Notes under the pieces: generated by a model | The model's input: the letters and a program-made list of their open reading frames with translations, nothing else | Databases searched by the model: none | What the model was told of the DNA's origin: nothing | Made by a program: the position numbers and the translations under genes | Part shown: positions 26,871-39,195 of the stretch, one piece after another | How the letters are laid out: every line of letters begins with the position of its first letter | Position numbering within the stretch: position 1 is the first letter of the stretch | NCBI RefSeq assembly: GCF_018977255.1 | Contig: NW_024704743.1 | Location: 26,724,001 to 26,788,000 of the forward strand | Direction: 5' to 3' | Length of the DNA stretch: 64,000 bases | Source: Callorhinchus milii | Taxonomy: Eukaryota

Positions 26871-27246
26871 GGAGTCCTGTAGCTCAGTGGTTAGAGTGCT
26901 CGCCTCGCAAGCGAGAGAGTTAGGTTCAATTCCCGACAAGGTGAAATGTTGGGTAAGTTTCCTTACTCCACATGACTCTGTTTATCTACCAGTAAGTAGG
27001 AACCCGGTTGTTAGTCAACTGGCAGATCGCTTTTCTGGGGTTAATAATTCCTTGAAAAATAATAAGAAGAAATTGGTCACTTCAATCCACGACTGTTTGT
27101 GGGACACTGCTGTGGGCAATTGGCTGCTGTGTTTCACCCATAAATATACAGTCAATTCACTTTACAGTATATTTTGTGAAGTGCCTTGAAACGTCTCAAA
27201 GACACGATAAGGCGTTATATCAAATGCAAGGAGTAATATTATTATT
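26871..27246 (+). mobile_element. Young tRNA(Ala)-derived SINE, long form, intact
   Basis: A box 26880-26890; anticodon arm ctcgc-ctcgcaa-gcgag; B box 26923-26933; CORE-like 26949-27000; Deu-like 27070-27140; L2-type tail. Confidence 0.93.
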
Positions 27247-27854
27247 TGTCATCTTGTTAGCTAGACTGGCACCATGCAGTTTGTTATCACATATTTGTGA
27301 AAAAAAAGGATAGCAGGCAGTCTTTTAGATATTGTAGTAGATACATGCTTCCAGTTAATTAATAATAATTCATCCCTTTTTTTAACAAAGGGTTATCATC
27401 ACATTATTTGCAGCTAGAAGAAAAAATACAGTTTAATTCCTTTCCAATTAAAAGCTTCTCTTTGCTGTACATGGTCTGTATATGTAATCTGTATGTAGTT
27501 TCAGACATTGCATAGATTCTCAGTGCACAAAGACATTTTCAAATCAAATCAAAAATCTACTGTAATTCAGAGTCCCACAAGTCTGCTGTCATGACTTGCA
27601 TTTTCTCTCTTTGTCTTTCATTGCAATTATTTTATTTAGATACTGTTGTTTTACAAAGGCCAGGACACTGGAGTCATGTAATAAGTAGGTTGATGCTGTG
27701 AGGGGATGGTAGGGTGGGTGTTCTGGAAGGATGAGGTTGGTTGAGCTGAAGGGTCTTCTTCATCCAAACCAATCTTGTGACTTTTTTAATCCTTTTGCAC
27801 CCTTACTTGGTTGGACTTTTATATTTTGATGCTTGATGCATTCTTTCAGTGTCG

Positions 27855-28080
27855 TATAAGAGATCCCGCAATACTATTCGAGCAGGGAGTTTCTCCCAGT
27901 GTCCTGGCCAACAAGCCCCCAAATACAATTGGTCACTGATTTCACGGCTGTTTGTGAGACATTGCTATGGGCAATTGGGCTGCTGGTTTGCTTACAAAGG
28001 AGCAGTCACTCTATTTCATAGTATATCCTGTGCAGCGCTTTGAAACATCCTTTTACGTGATAAGGTGCTGTATTATTATT
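27855..28080 (+). mobile_element. Old Deu-domain SINE, 3' half
   Basis: agatcccgcaatactattcgagcagggagtttctcccagtgtcctggccaac...gctgtttgtgagacattgct...agcgctttgaaac. Confidence 0.75.
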
Positions 28081-29280
28081 TACCCCTCTTTTCCCGTTCC
28101 TTTGCTCTTTGTCCTTTCACTGTTCTTCACTGTCAGTCACTCAACCAGATACCCGGCTTTTGCTTGTATGTGTTCCTGGACTGAGTCTTCAGCCTATTCT
28201 TCTCTTGCTGCACAGTTCCTGTGGCCTCTTAAGCTCTTTTTACACTGCTGTAAGTGAGACAATTATTTTCCAGAACAATTATGAATGAAAAACAGGATTA
28301 ATAATCCTGCTCTGAAATCGTTCTAACTGGAGGCTCTGCTCAAGACCTGAGCAGCTTATTATACTATCTAGCACTGAACCACCAATTTGCTTTAAAATGT
28401 TGTTAAAGTGCGATTGGCTCCAATCTTAAGATTGAAAGCTTTAGGGGTGGTCGAATAGATCATACAAGAACTTTGAAGTTACATGTTTTTGAGTTCTAAC
28501 CATTTTTTAATTCAAAAGTTCTTTAGAAATTGGCTGCAATAGCCCATTCATGATGTGTATTTGATGCATCAATTGAAGTTTTGTAGAGCTCTGAATGACT
28601 TTGATGTGTGTTGGACCTTGGTTAAACCACAGATCATCATATTTATGCTATCTGTGCTTTATAAATTACCGATGGGTTTCAGGTTTTGATTGTTAGAGTC
28701 AATGTCTGATGGCCTCTGGTAGCTGAAGGTCAATAGTCTGTAATATCTGAATGACTTTTGTTTGTAACTGGAACCAGGGCGAATTTGCTGAAACTTCTTT
28801 GCTAGATTTCTGTTCCAATGAAGACCTCTATGTGCTTTTCATCCTCTGGCTGCTTCTAACCACTGACAATTCTCATTGGGCTTGTATCTAGTTATGCGGT
28901 ACTCCAATTCCCCAGCATAGCAGCTGCAGGGTGAGTATCACATCATAGCAGGACTGCACTGATGAACAAATGGCAACTTCTCTTCACGCCAATCTGTTTT
29001 CAGAAACACTGTGCCAACACTATACTATTCCTTATGTCTATAAAATTAAACTGAATATTTTTGTTATAAAGCAGCAAAACAACAAAGCCTTTTACATTCC
29101 ACAATCTCAGAAATTACATTTTATAACTCGTTCAACACATTTATCCTGATGGTGCTTGAAAAATCAGGAAGCCTCCAATGGTAACGTTTTCAAAAAGACC
29201 CATATCATACAGATACAGATACTGAATGTCTTTTTTGGTCAGCCACGATCGGTCATTCATTTGTCACCATCAGTCCAACA

Positions 29281-29478
29281 TAAACAACAACAACGAAATT
29301 ACTTTTGTATAGCGCCTTTCATGTCGGCAGGACGTCCCAAGGCACAGGACAGACAGAGGTTCAGACCCGAGCTGGGGTTCGGGATCGGGGAGGATGGAGG
29401 GCAGAGGGAAAGCAGGGTGATCGAAAGCACGGTCGAAGAGGAGGGTTTTGAGACGGGTCTTGAAGGAGGCAAGGGAGT
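29281..29478 (-). mobile_element. L2 3' fragment (type B tail)
   Basis: ORF 29270..29491 SLASFKTRLKTLLFDRAF; tail gtatagcgcctttcatgtcggcaggacgtcccaagg. Confidence 0.88.
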
Positions 29479-29689
29479 GCCAACAGACCACTATTGATGA
29501 CAGCTAGGTCTCTGCTGTGCAAAGAATAGGCACTCAGCTCAGTCCTGCAGAAAATGTCTCACACCAGTGGAGATACAGGGGATGAATTTTCTTCTGGGTC
29601 TAGATCTACTGTATTCATGTAGCATTTCAGAGTGTCCAAAATCTGTCAAATTCTTAAAATTTTAAGAACTGCTAAAAGCCATCTTCAGA

Positions 29690-29955
29690 GTTTTATCTGG
29701 AGAAATGTTAACCAGGACACTAGGAGAAGCTGAGTTCTCTTTTTAAATAGTGACATGGGATGGTTAAACTCTCCATGAACAGGCAGACACTGATTTAACG
29801 TCTCATCCAAAAGATCACATCTCCAATAATGCAGCACATATGCAGTTCTGCACTGGAGTGTCAGCTTAGACTGCGTGAGTTCAAAGTACTCACAAAGGAC
29901 ATCAAATGACAACCTTCTGACTTGGAAGTGAGAACGGAACTGACTGAACCAGACT
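29690..29955 (-). mobile_element. Old Deu-domain SINE, 5' half
   Basis: aacaggcagacactgatttaacgtctcatccaaaagatcacatctcc...ctgcactggagtgtcagcttag...aaccttctgact. Confidence 0.75.
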
Positions 29956-30464
29956 ATGTATGGCTCATAAATTATTCAAGAATGCTTCCTGACACCGAGG
30001 TGTCAATTGGTGTGAAAGTAGTATTGGCAGGAGGTCAGCAAGTGTTTCATGATGTGCGAAATGCAATGAAACAGAAATTTGACATTTGACTGCCAGGTGC
30101 ATAACACCTGATGTGAAGACCACATAGTATAATACACAGAGTAATAATAATAATCCTTGCATTTGAAACCAGTCGTTCAAAGAAAGAACTGAAGGAGCAT
30201 CCATTTTTATTCCACCTGTAATACTGAAACACTTTATGGCATTTCACAGTAATTACTGATGTGTATAATGACTGCTTTTCATAGACAAACCAGAAGAATA
30301 TACATCATTCTACACCATACATGCTATCTGCATAGATACTTCCTGATTCTTAAAGGTAGTCAGAGGAAAACTTCCAGAATATCATCCAGCCCAGAATCTT
30401 TACCATTAAGATAAGATTAGCTAATTTGCTCAACAGATACACGCCTGTCTCCCAATGACACAGA

Positions 30465-30870
30465 TGCAGCAATTCACATTTGTATACATTTCACCCCTGT
30501 AAAATGTCTCAAAATGCTTCATGACTGCGAGATCGAGCTGGGGGAAAGCTGAGAAGGAGGGCTTGGGTGTGGTATGAGGGGGGTGCGCGGGGAGGGGGAG
30601 AACTGGCTGAAAGAAATTGGTCAAGGACGTAGGTCTTGATCTGGGTTTTGAATGCGGAAAGGAAGGGAGAAAGGCAATGGGCGCTGGGATGGAGTTTCAG
30701 AGAGCGGGGACAGGATGACCTAGTTGTCCTCGCCATCCGATAGTGAGATGGATCAGGTAGGGATGTGAAGCTGGCCAATGATAGCTAAGCAGAGAGAGCA
30801 GCTGGGGCAGTGGGCTTGCAGGAGGCCTCAGGTGTAGGATGGAAGAACCCCATGGAGAGATTTTAAAATC
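30465..30870 (-). mobile_element. Old L2 3' fragment
   Basis: ORF 30509..30778 LSAFKTQIKTYVLDQ; degenerate tail. Confidence 0.65.
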
Positions 30871-31089
30871 CTTGTATCCCATGGCTATTCCTCCATCTGA
30901 GTTTGCTTCAATCCCTACAGCCCCCAATACCATTCCGAATGAGGAAGTTATGTAACTTTTTTAAACCCAAACCTCAAAAAAGCCATTAACCGAATGTGGC
31001 AGTCGAAGGCTGCACATTTCGAGCTGGTTGATCCAAATGTAGGCTCATCAGTAATTTAGAAGATTTGGAATCTGTGCTCTTGAGTCATA

Positions 31090-31282
31090 GGTCAAACGCA
31101 CAGCCCTCTGCCTTGCCCCCTTCTTCCCCTTTTTTAGATCATGACTGAAGACCTTTCTCTTCGTTCGTGGTTACAGTCACTTCCTTCTATGCCTGGCTCG
31201 GCATCAGGCTCCACCATTGTAAGTGCTTGGAGACACTGCTCCACATGAAGGGCATTACATAAATGCAAGTTGCTGTTGTTTT
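31090..31282 (+). mobile_element. L2 3' fragment (type C tail)
   Basis: gactgaagacctttctcttcg...aagtgcttggagacactgctccacatgaagggcattacataaatgcaagttgctgttg. Confidence 0.7.
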
Positions 31283-31922
31283 AGATGTGAAAAATTCAAT
31301 ATCTGATGTAATAGATGTGACTCAGTTTGAAAGGCATCTGATGTAATAGATAGGACCCTACCCAGCTTGAAGGATGCAAGTTGAAATACATGCAAGTTGT
31401 ACTGTAGTATTTATTGCATTACAGAAATGTGTGGATAAACCATTTAATAATTCTCAACTGGTCTATGGGTGTGATTACCTACTACAACTGAGATGCCACG
31501 TTTTCAACCCAAAGTCAAATATCCTTTGAGGGCATTAATATTCAATTATCTCAATCAACAATATTAGCTGGCACCTCAAAGGATGTTATCTCATTGACTG
31601 GAAAGCTTCATTGGATAATTGGTAAGCACATCAAAATCCTATTCCATTTCCACCTGTGCCAATGAACACCCTTCATAAAACTCTGTCAACACCTTTACTG
31701 TTTGCTATTCCAAAATGTTATTTTATTTATCTACATTAAACTCCATCTGCCACTTTTTCACCCATCTGCTTAACTGTCCTCAATCTTCTTAAAAGTTACT
31801 TATCCTTTTTATATTAATATTAGTCACCTTCCCACATAGCTCGCTTTCATCAGTGTATTCCATTTATGTGTTCACAAACGTCTTCTCCACTGCAGATGTC
31901 AGGCTAACTGATCCACTGTTGC

Positions 31923-32038
31923 CAGGTTTATAGGATAAAATATGTAGGATCATAAGCCAGTTGACATTGAATCAGCTATCAAACAACTGATTCAATGTTG
32001 ACTGGGTTATGAAAACTGCATATCTTACCCCTAAGCCT
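31923..32038. mobile_element. Palindromic MITE-like element (about 116 bp) flanked by direct repeat TGTTGC
   Basis: Arms of about 55 bp are reverse complements (aggtttataggataaaatatgtaggatcataagccagttgacattgaatcag versus aggcttaggggtaagatatgcagttttcataacccagtcaacattgaatcag); tgttgc at 31917-31922 and 32039-32044. Confidence 0.7.
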
Positions 32039-32619
32039 TGTTGCTTTTGAAGAATGCAAAGAATAAATTGAGTTGTGTAACCATCTTTACCTTAGTTACT
32101 CTGTGCTGCACACAGTTCTTGGGGCAGCGATCAAATGGGCTGAGCGACCTTCTTAATCAACCCTCTGTTGTTAATCAAGCCTGCCTTGTGATCTTGTGTA
32201 TTAATGAAGACCAAAAGTTTGATTCTTCGCTCTTTATTATTCTGTGTTTTTTTTAAATATTATTTATTATTTGTTGTCATCCCAGGCCAGAAAATTGCCG
32301 CATGAAACAGAGAGCTGAAAATAATGCCAAAATTGTAACAATATGCATGGCATCGGACATCTTTCATCATTACAATTGTGGTAAATATTAATAATCTTTG
32401 CATTTGATATAATGCCTTGTCACATCATCGAGGCATCTCAAAGAAATAGGAATGCCTTTCCTATACACAGCACATGGAGAATATCCTACAGAGCACTGCT
32501 CTTACAAGGTAATTCACATGCACACTGACTTCCTCAGTTGTACTGTGCTAGGTGTCTTGCCTGGGGTGGTATTGAGTTACATAGATCAGAAGGTTGAATC
32601 GTTGAAAGTTGAAACATCA

Positions 32620-32912
32620 ACTTGTCTGCTCCCTCCGCTCAGCAGACTCCAGAGGTCGGGCCTTTAGCTTCTCTTCCTCCACCATTTGGAACTCTGTCCC
32701 ACATTTGCTTTGTATTGCTCCCTCTCTTGCCTCCTTCAAGGCTCATCTCAAGATCCTCCTCCTCGACCGCACATTCGGCCACCCTCATACCCTCCCTGGC
32801 CTCCACCCCCACTGATCCCAACCTCCTGCTCGAGTCCAAATCCCTGATTGTCCAGCACCTTTGGACGTTCTCCCGACTTGAAAGCCACTGTACAAATATA
32901 ATTTGTTATTGT
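32620..32912 (+). mobile_element. L2 3' fragment (type B tail)
   Basis: ORF 32609..32815 GRAFSFSSSTIWNSVPH...SLASFKAHLKILLLDRTFG. Confidence 0.85.
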
Positions 32913-32959
32913 GTTCCCCTCACCACTTTCTGTATAAACTGCTTAAAAGCAGATAGTGA

Positions 32960-33370
32960 CATAGGGTTACGTAGGGTAATACAGGCCATTCGGTCTGTGC
33001 CAGTATTTATACTCCACACAAGCCTCCACCCTTCCTATCCCCCTCTCCACATGCATGCATCATTTTTTTCCTAAATACACTTAGTACATTTTACTTAAAT
33101 GCATTATTGCTATTCACTTCAACCACAGTTTCCGGTTGTGAGTTTCATATTCTCAACATCTTCTGCGTGAAGAGATTCCTCCTAACTCTGTGTTAAATCT
33201 ATCACTGCCTATCTTATGTGTATGTCCTTCAGTTTCGGACACACCAATAAGCCTTTCAACATCCACCTTATCAAATCCATTCATAATCTTAAACACTATT
33301 ATTAGGTCTGCTCTCAATTGTCTCAATTCTAAAAAACAAAGTTGCAACCTGGTCAATCATTCTTGATAGC
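32960..33370 (-). mobile_element. CR1 3' fragment
   Basis: ORF 33153..33356 LELRQLRADLIIVFKIMNGFDKVDVERL; ggccattcgg terminal motif. Confidence 0.85.
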
Positions 33371-34562
33371 TGTTCCACATCCTATTCTGTATTTTACTGA
33401 AGTGTTAACATCCTATTCTGTACTATACATTTCAATAAGAACTGATAGTCTGACGCTTATTCCTAGTATTCCATTTGTGGTTAGTAGCACACAGCTAATA
33501 TTATCTACTAACTAGACCATAAAGAATATGTTTATATTTGTCAAATTGGATACATTATTTTATTTTCTCTCTTTATCCATTAGCTTTCGCTCATGATCTC
33601 TGCTCTGAGGACAAAATATCCTCAGAAGCCCTGTGTAACATAAATTAATTGCTTCTTCCTTCCTGGAGTAATTCCCAGTTGTTAAGTATTTCACAGCTGT
33701 TCGTTTTTATTTTATGGGAAACCTTCTGTTGCTTAAATCCCACATTGTCTCTTCTCATTCTGTTACAAGAGAACCCATTTGCCAACTGTATTTTACTTAT
33801 AATGTACATTCAGCCTGTCATTTCAACTACCAAACGTAAAAAATTGCCCTAGCTCTTCTTTTGCGACTATCTTGTACTTTGTCCCTTGTCACTGACTCCC
33901 CTACCACTGAAAATTACTTCTCCCTATTCACCATATCAAACACCTCTTATTTGTGTACACGCTGTCAGGTTTCCTCTCAGCTTTGTCTGTTCCAATGAAA
34001 AAGACCCATCTTCTCCAGTTTCTCTTCATAACCAAAGTTATGTTATCATTCTTGTAAACCTTCTCTGCATCCTCACCAAGGCCTCCACACTCCAGGTGGC
34101 TCATGATTGCAGAGTGGATTTTATTGAATTTCCAGTCTTCTCTGGTCATATAACGTGACAATAAATGTTACTTTTCATTGATGCTACAATGAAAAATGAT
34201 CTCACATTGAAGTGAACTTAACCTCCTTTAGAGAGTCTTAGAGAGTCTGGACTGCAAACTGTACTGAAGTACATCAGTGAAACCTCAGGGTAAACACAAC
34301 AATCTACCAATAGAGAAAGCCAGGATTTTAAGAACAGAATGAGGAAAGGAGAGCTGCCTTCATCGGAGCAGCTGAATATTTATTATAGAAGTCCAACACT
34401 GGAAAGAAGGGAAGGATACTAAAATCAACTGTTGCTAATCTTTCTACCACCCTCTTCTGGTTTTGTGTTGCAATTCCCTTGCCCTAAATGCACTTAACAA
34501 ATAAATGTTTCAGTCATTCCTTCTTGTATGGTTGAACCATTTATACCATCAGTTGTGAAAAG

Positions 34563-34978
34563 TGTGTCAGCCTGGCTCAGTGGTAGCTCTCTCGCCTCTG
34601 AGTCAGAACGTGGTGGCTTCAAGTCCCACATCGGGCCTTGGAATCACATAGTCTAAGATGACACTTCAATGCAGTACTGGGGGTGTGTTTGCATTGTCAA
34701 AGGTGGCGTCCTTCAGATGAGAAATCAAACCGAGGTACCGTCTGCCTAAAGATACCATGCCACTTTTCGACAAGAGAAACATTTCTTCTGGTGTCCTGGT
34801 TAAAACTCCCCAGAATATAATTGGTTACTCACTCCATGCTGTATGTGGGACAATGTGCACCCGGTCCCTGCGTTTGTCCACAGAATACAGTACAGTCAAT
34901 CTACTTTACAGTATATCCTGTGAAGCGCTTTGAGACGTCTCAACAATGAGATAAGGCGCTATAAAAATACAAGGATAA
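34563..34978 (+). mobile_element. Old Deu-domain SINE (SacSINE1-like), full length
   Basis: gtcagcctggctcagtggtagctctctcgcctctgagtcagaa head; tgacacttcaatgcagtactg; cagatgagaaatcaaaccgagg; tail gaagcgctttgagacgtctc...ggcgctata. Confidence 0.88.
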
Positions 34979-36032
34979 AATGTAAAGATTTTTCTCCACT
35001 TGAGATTTGACTGAATTAGCACATTTTATCTGAAACTACTTTCTTTGCCCTGTTGTTGATTTTCCAGTGAGAAAATGTTTGTAATTGCAAATATTCCCAG
35101 TTTTTTTTTACCTGTAGTGAATGAAATGTTTAGTCACTGGGTAGTAGTTCCTATGACAGCGTTTGACAGAGAACAAATTAGCAGAGGCCTCTGATCTGAC
35201 AGCAGCAACTGTGCATTCTGAAGGGCAACATTTAGGGATTTGAACCTGCAGTCTGTTTAGAGATTGTGGAAATGAAAAAAAAGAAAGTTAAGAACCCAAA
35301 GCATTGGGAGATACAATAAAAAAAAAGGTTTTCGACTTACAATCATTTATAACGTTTCTTTGCATGAAGTTAACTGTCCTGTAACTTGGCTTTGAGATAT
35401 TTATTTTACGTTAAAGAGATACTGAATTCAAAGTTATGATATGCTAATAATATTCCTTATACTTGCTGTGGGACCTTTCATGTCAAGTGGATGTCTCCGA
35501 GCCCTTGACAAGATATACTGTAAAGTAGAATGATCGTGTTTTGTAGGCAATTCTGGCAGTAAATTTGCACATGGCAATATCTCACAAACAGCCACGATGC
35601 TTATGCAATGTAATTTTACTGTACTTTATTCCACTCTGTTTTCATCCTGTATAATATTATGAGAATGGAATATCTGACTTAACTCAGTTTCATTCCCTCC
35701 CTAACTCTCTTATTCACTTTCTCTACTTCCTTATGCAATCTTCTTATGAGTACTGTATTCTGTGAGATTTTCCTCTGTACTCTGCCTTTCCTGTAATTAT
35801 GTTATTTCTCTCTCTTTAATATTCTGTGATACTCTCACTTTTTGCCTCCAGTAAGAAAGATCTTTTCGTAGCATCCTCTCATGTGAACTGTCTCAAAACA
35901 TTTCTGTTAATTACTCTAAAGTGTAGTGGCTGCATTTTATAAGCAAACACAGAAGTCATTTGTGGAAGGTTGGGAAGTTTGCACCAACAGCCATAAGGTA
36001 AACTATCAATTTATCTATTATTAGTAACCAGT

Positions 36033-36470
36033 GTGTGTCAGTCTGTCTCAGTTGCTAGCATTCTCGGCTCTGAGTCAGAAGGTGTGGGTTCAAGATCCAT
36101 TGCCGGAACATTCAACTCACGATTTAGGCTGACACTTCAATGCAGTGGTGGAAGTGTGATTCATTACTAGAGGGGCATCTTTCAGATGAGACGTTAAACC
36201 GAGGCTCCATCTGCCTGTTCAGGTGGACGTGAAAGATTCCATGCACTACTAAAAAAGCAAAGGGATTTTCTCTCAGTGTATGGCCAGCAATCCCTCAAAT
36301 ATAAATGGTTACTCACTTCATGAGTGTTTTTGTGCTGTGTGCTAATTGACTGCCACATTTGCTTACAATTACAGTCAATACACTTCACAGTAAAACCCAT
36401 GAAGCCCTTTGAGATATCTTGATGATGTGATAAGGCGCTATATCAAATGCAATGATTATCATTATTATTT
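36033..36470 (+). mobile_element. Old Deu-domain SINE (SacSINE1-like), full length
   Basis: ctctgagtcagaaggtgtgggttcaag; ctttcagatgagacgttaaaccgaggctccatctgcctgttcaggtggacgtgaaagattccatg; tail ggcgctatatcaaatgcaatgattatc. Confidence 0.9.
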
Positions 36471-38707
36471 ATTTTAAACGAGTGAAGTTTAGCCATACAT
36501 GACTAATAATCTGAAATAGGTCAAATGTTTTCTGAACTACAATTGCTATTCATGTAATTTCCCATCATAAGGACTGAACATAAAGGTCCCTAGTTTTAAC
36601 AATCAGGTGAAGAAAGTACCATGGTTTACGTTTAATCGTTGGTCAGTTTCAATTGGTAATGCACCAAACCCTGCTCTATCCTTATACCCTGCGTTATCCT
36701 TATAATAATAATAATCCTTGCATTTGATATAGTGCTTTTCACGTCTTTTATATGTCTTGCTTTTCAAAGCACTTTATACTGGTTTCTTTGTGATCTCTGT
36801 TGGACAGTTTCTCAGCGTCACGAATATGCATGAACAGGAGACACATAAGCCAGCAAGTACAAACTAGAATTCATTTGTAAGTTGTTTTTACGCAGCTGAA
36901 CGGAACATAACTTTTTTTTAAAAAAAGTTCACAGTGTGCACAAGATGTGGAAATTGAAGACATCGCAGCTGTTCTTCTTCAGCTTGAATTGGCAATTAGT
37001 GTTAAAGAAACAAGCTGAAAGAAAGTCTCAACTATTTTCCAATCCACTGGACCTTGTTTGGAAGAATAATATTAGCTTGATTTCAAGGTGGCTTGCTTCT
37101 GAAAATAAAAAGCCATGTAGAAGTTGTGTGAGCAGGGAGCCAATCAGTTGCATGCAGGGCAGACAATATGAGCTGAAATATATGCGCCTAATACTCATAT
37201 TACTTTTCAGGCTTGCTATTCAAAATCAGCTGCATTGTATGGCAAACCGAGTAGCAGTGATATTTGAAAGTCTTGGCTCACAACTTTTATTGAAATAACC
37301 TTTAAGCTTGAGAAGAGATGAGGAGGAAGACAGCGTACAGTTTAGATTTGGAGATTCTCTGTAGGGAGAAGGGGAGCATCTCAGCAGATCTGTTCAGTAC
37401 CCAAGACATTTCCTAGCGACAGAGAATATTTGGGAGCTAAACTTGGGCATGTCCTTCCCATGTGCAGCAGAGGACCTTTTTCGGACCCTATTTTTTCTTA
37501 TTTTAGTTCCTGTTTAGGAGTTTCAGGGTAGGGACCAAGCAGGGACAAAAGTTGGAATTTTTTTGTAATATTTGGACCAAGTTGGTGAGGGCAAGGTTGT
37601 ATATGTCGGCCTGGAAACATCAGCAAATGATTATTGTATTACACTATTACTTTCTGCNTTTTTTTTAGTTTTATCTGAAAAGTAAAAACAGAATTTTATA
37701 CATAANTTTTTTTCGCTCAGCAGACACAATTTGACACCCATCACCATGCTTAAGATGACCCAAATCAAACAGAGTTTGTTTTAAACATATCACCCATATA
37801 TGAAAAGTTTCCTGTGTCTGGAATGCAATGCACACTCTCTTCCTAGAGGGATACATCCTGTTTACCTAAGTCTGGAGAATACTAAGCATAGGTTGGTGAG
37901 AGCTGGTGCTTGGGGATGCCAAAGTGTGCATTGGGGGATGCAAAATGTGCTTTGGGAGTCTAACCCGCTAATACCACATAGCTTGCCATTGAGAGCACTC
38001 CTTGGCAAGCCTCCCGCTACTTGCTCACTCTACCGTTAGGGCTTTGTCTTGCAGGGTTAACAAGAGCTGAGTGGAATGAATCCCAGCCCCATTAACCCCT
38101 AAGTTCTCCTGACAAGCAGGGCTTCCTGTCATTAAGAGTACCATAGACATGCCTGTCTTAGCAACCATGTTTAATTTACATGATCAAAGACGTCTTAGTG
38201 TCAACTGTGATAAGGTAGCACAATGTCTGCCTGGTGCCTTTTTTTTGCCTTTTGTTCTCGAACATCCTATAATGTCAGGTTAGCACTCAATGCATGTTAA
38301 TGACATTGCTTGTTGATCCTAGAAGAAAAGCACATTGAGGTTAGATCTAAGTGAAGATTCACTTAAATATACAGTACATGCAGGTCATGGTCAAAAAGAT
38401 GTCTACTCCAGTATTACAACATGTAATATATTTCTAGCTGTTCCTTTGGGCAGATGGGTATTTGAGAGGTAAATGCACTCATTTAAATGCTTTAAATAAG
38501 CATTTAAAATCACATGCATTTGAATTTGCATTTAAATGTGCTTGAGACAAAGGTTACTACATTTGTATCTAAATATCTGAGTGAAACTCTGAAGTTGACC
38601 AAATAAATTTGAAATATTTTGAAATGCTTCAATATATACCATATACTTCAGGTGGCACATGGCATTTAGTCACAATGCACAGATACACAACACATATACA
38701 CTTACAT

Positions 38708-39195
38708 TATAACAACAACTAGAATTTATATAGGACTCCTCATATAGGGTAGCATCCCAGTGCACTTGATAGGGGTGGAACACTACGCCTAGCTGGGTGG
38801 GGGCGGAGGTGACCATAAGCACTTTGAAGAGGAAGGTCTTCAAGTGTGACCTGAAGATGGGGAAGGAGGGGAAAAGCGGAGGGATTGAAGGAGTGTTCCA
38901 GAGTTTTGGGCAGTAGTGGCCACCGATAGTGGAATGGAGGACACGAGGGCAAGTACGAGGCTGGAGCCAGTAGAGAGAGACAATGGGTAGTGGGTTGGGG
39001 AGTAAACAGTCGGAGAACTAGGAAAGTGCCAGGGCTTCAAGATGAGTGGGAGGATCTTGAAATCGATCTTTCAGTGATAGGAAGCCAGTGGAGCCTGGCA
39101 AGAACTGGTGTGGTGAGGGTACGAAGTTTAATATGGGTAAGTATAACAACAACAACTTGCATTTATAAAGCATCCTTCATGAGGGGCAGCACTTA
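38708..39195 (-). mobile_element. L2 3' fragment (type C) plus a second tail
   Basis: agccagtggagcctggcaagaactgg is antisense PVLARLHWL; tails near 38710 and 39143. Confidence 0.85.

Noticed and set aside
26871..26945. tRNA-Ala gene
   Set aside because: It is the head of a SINE: followed directly by SINE body and tail, and present in about ten diverged copies in the window.
37658..37706. Two N bases
   Set aside because: Assembly ambiguity next to poly-T runs; not biological.
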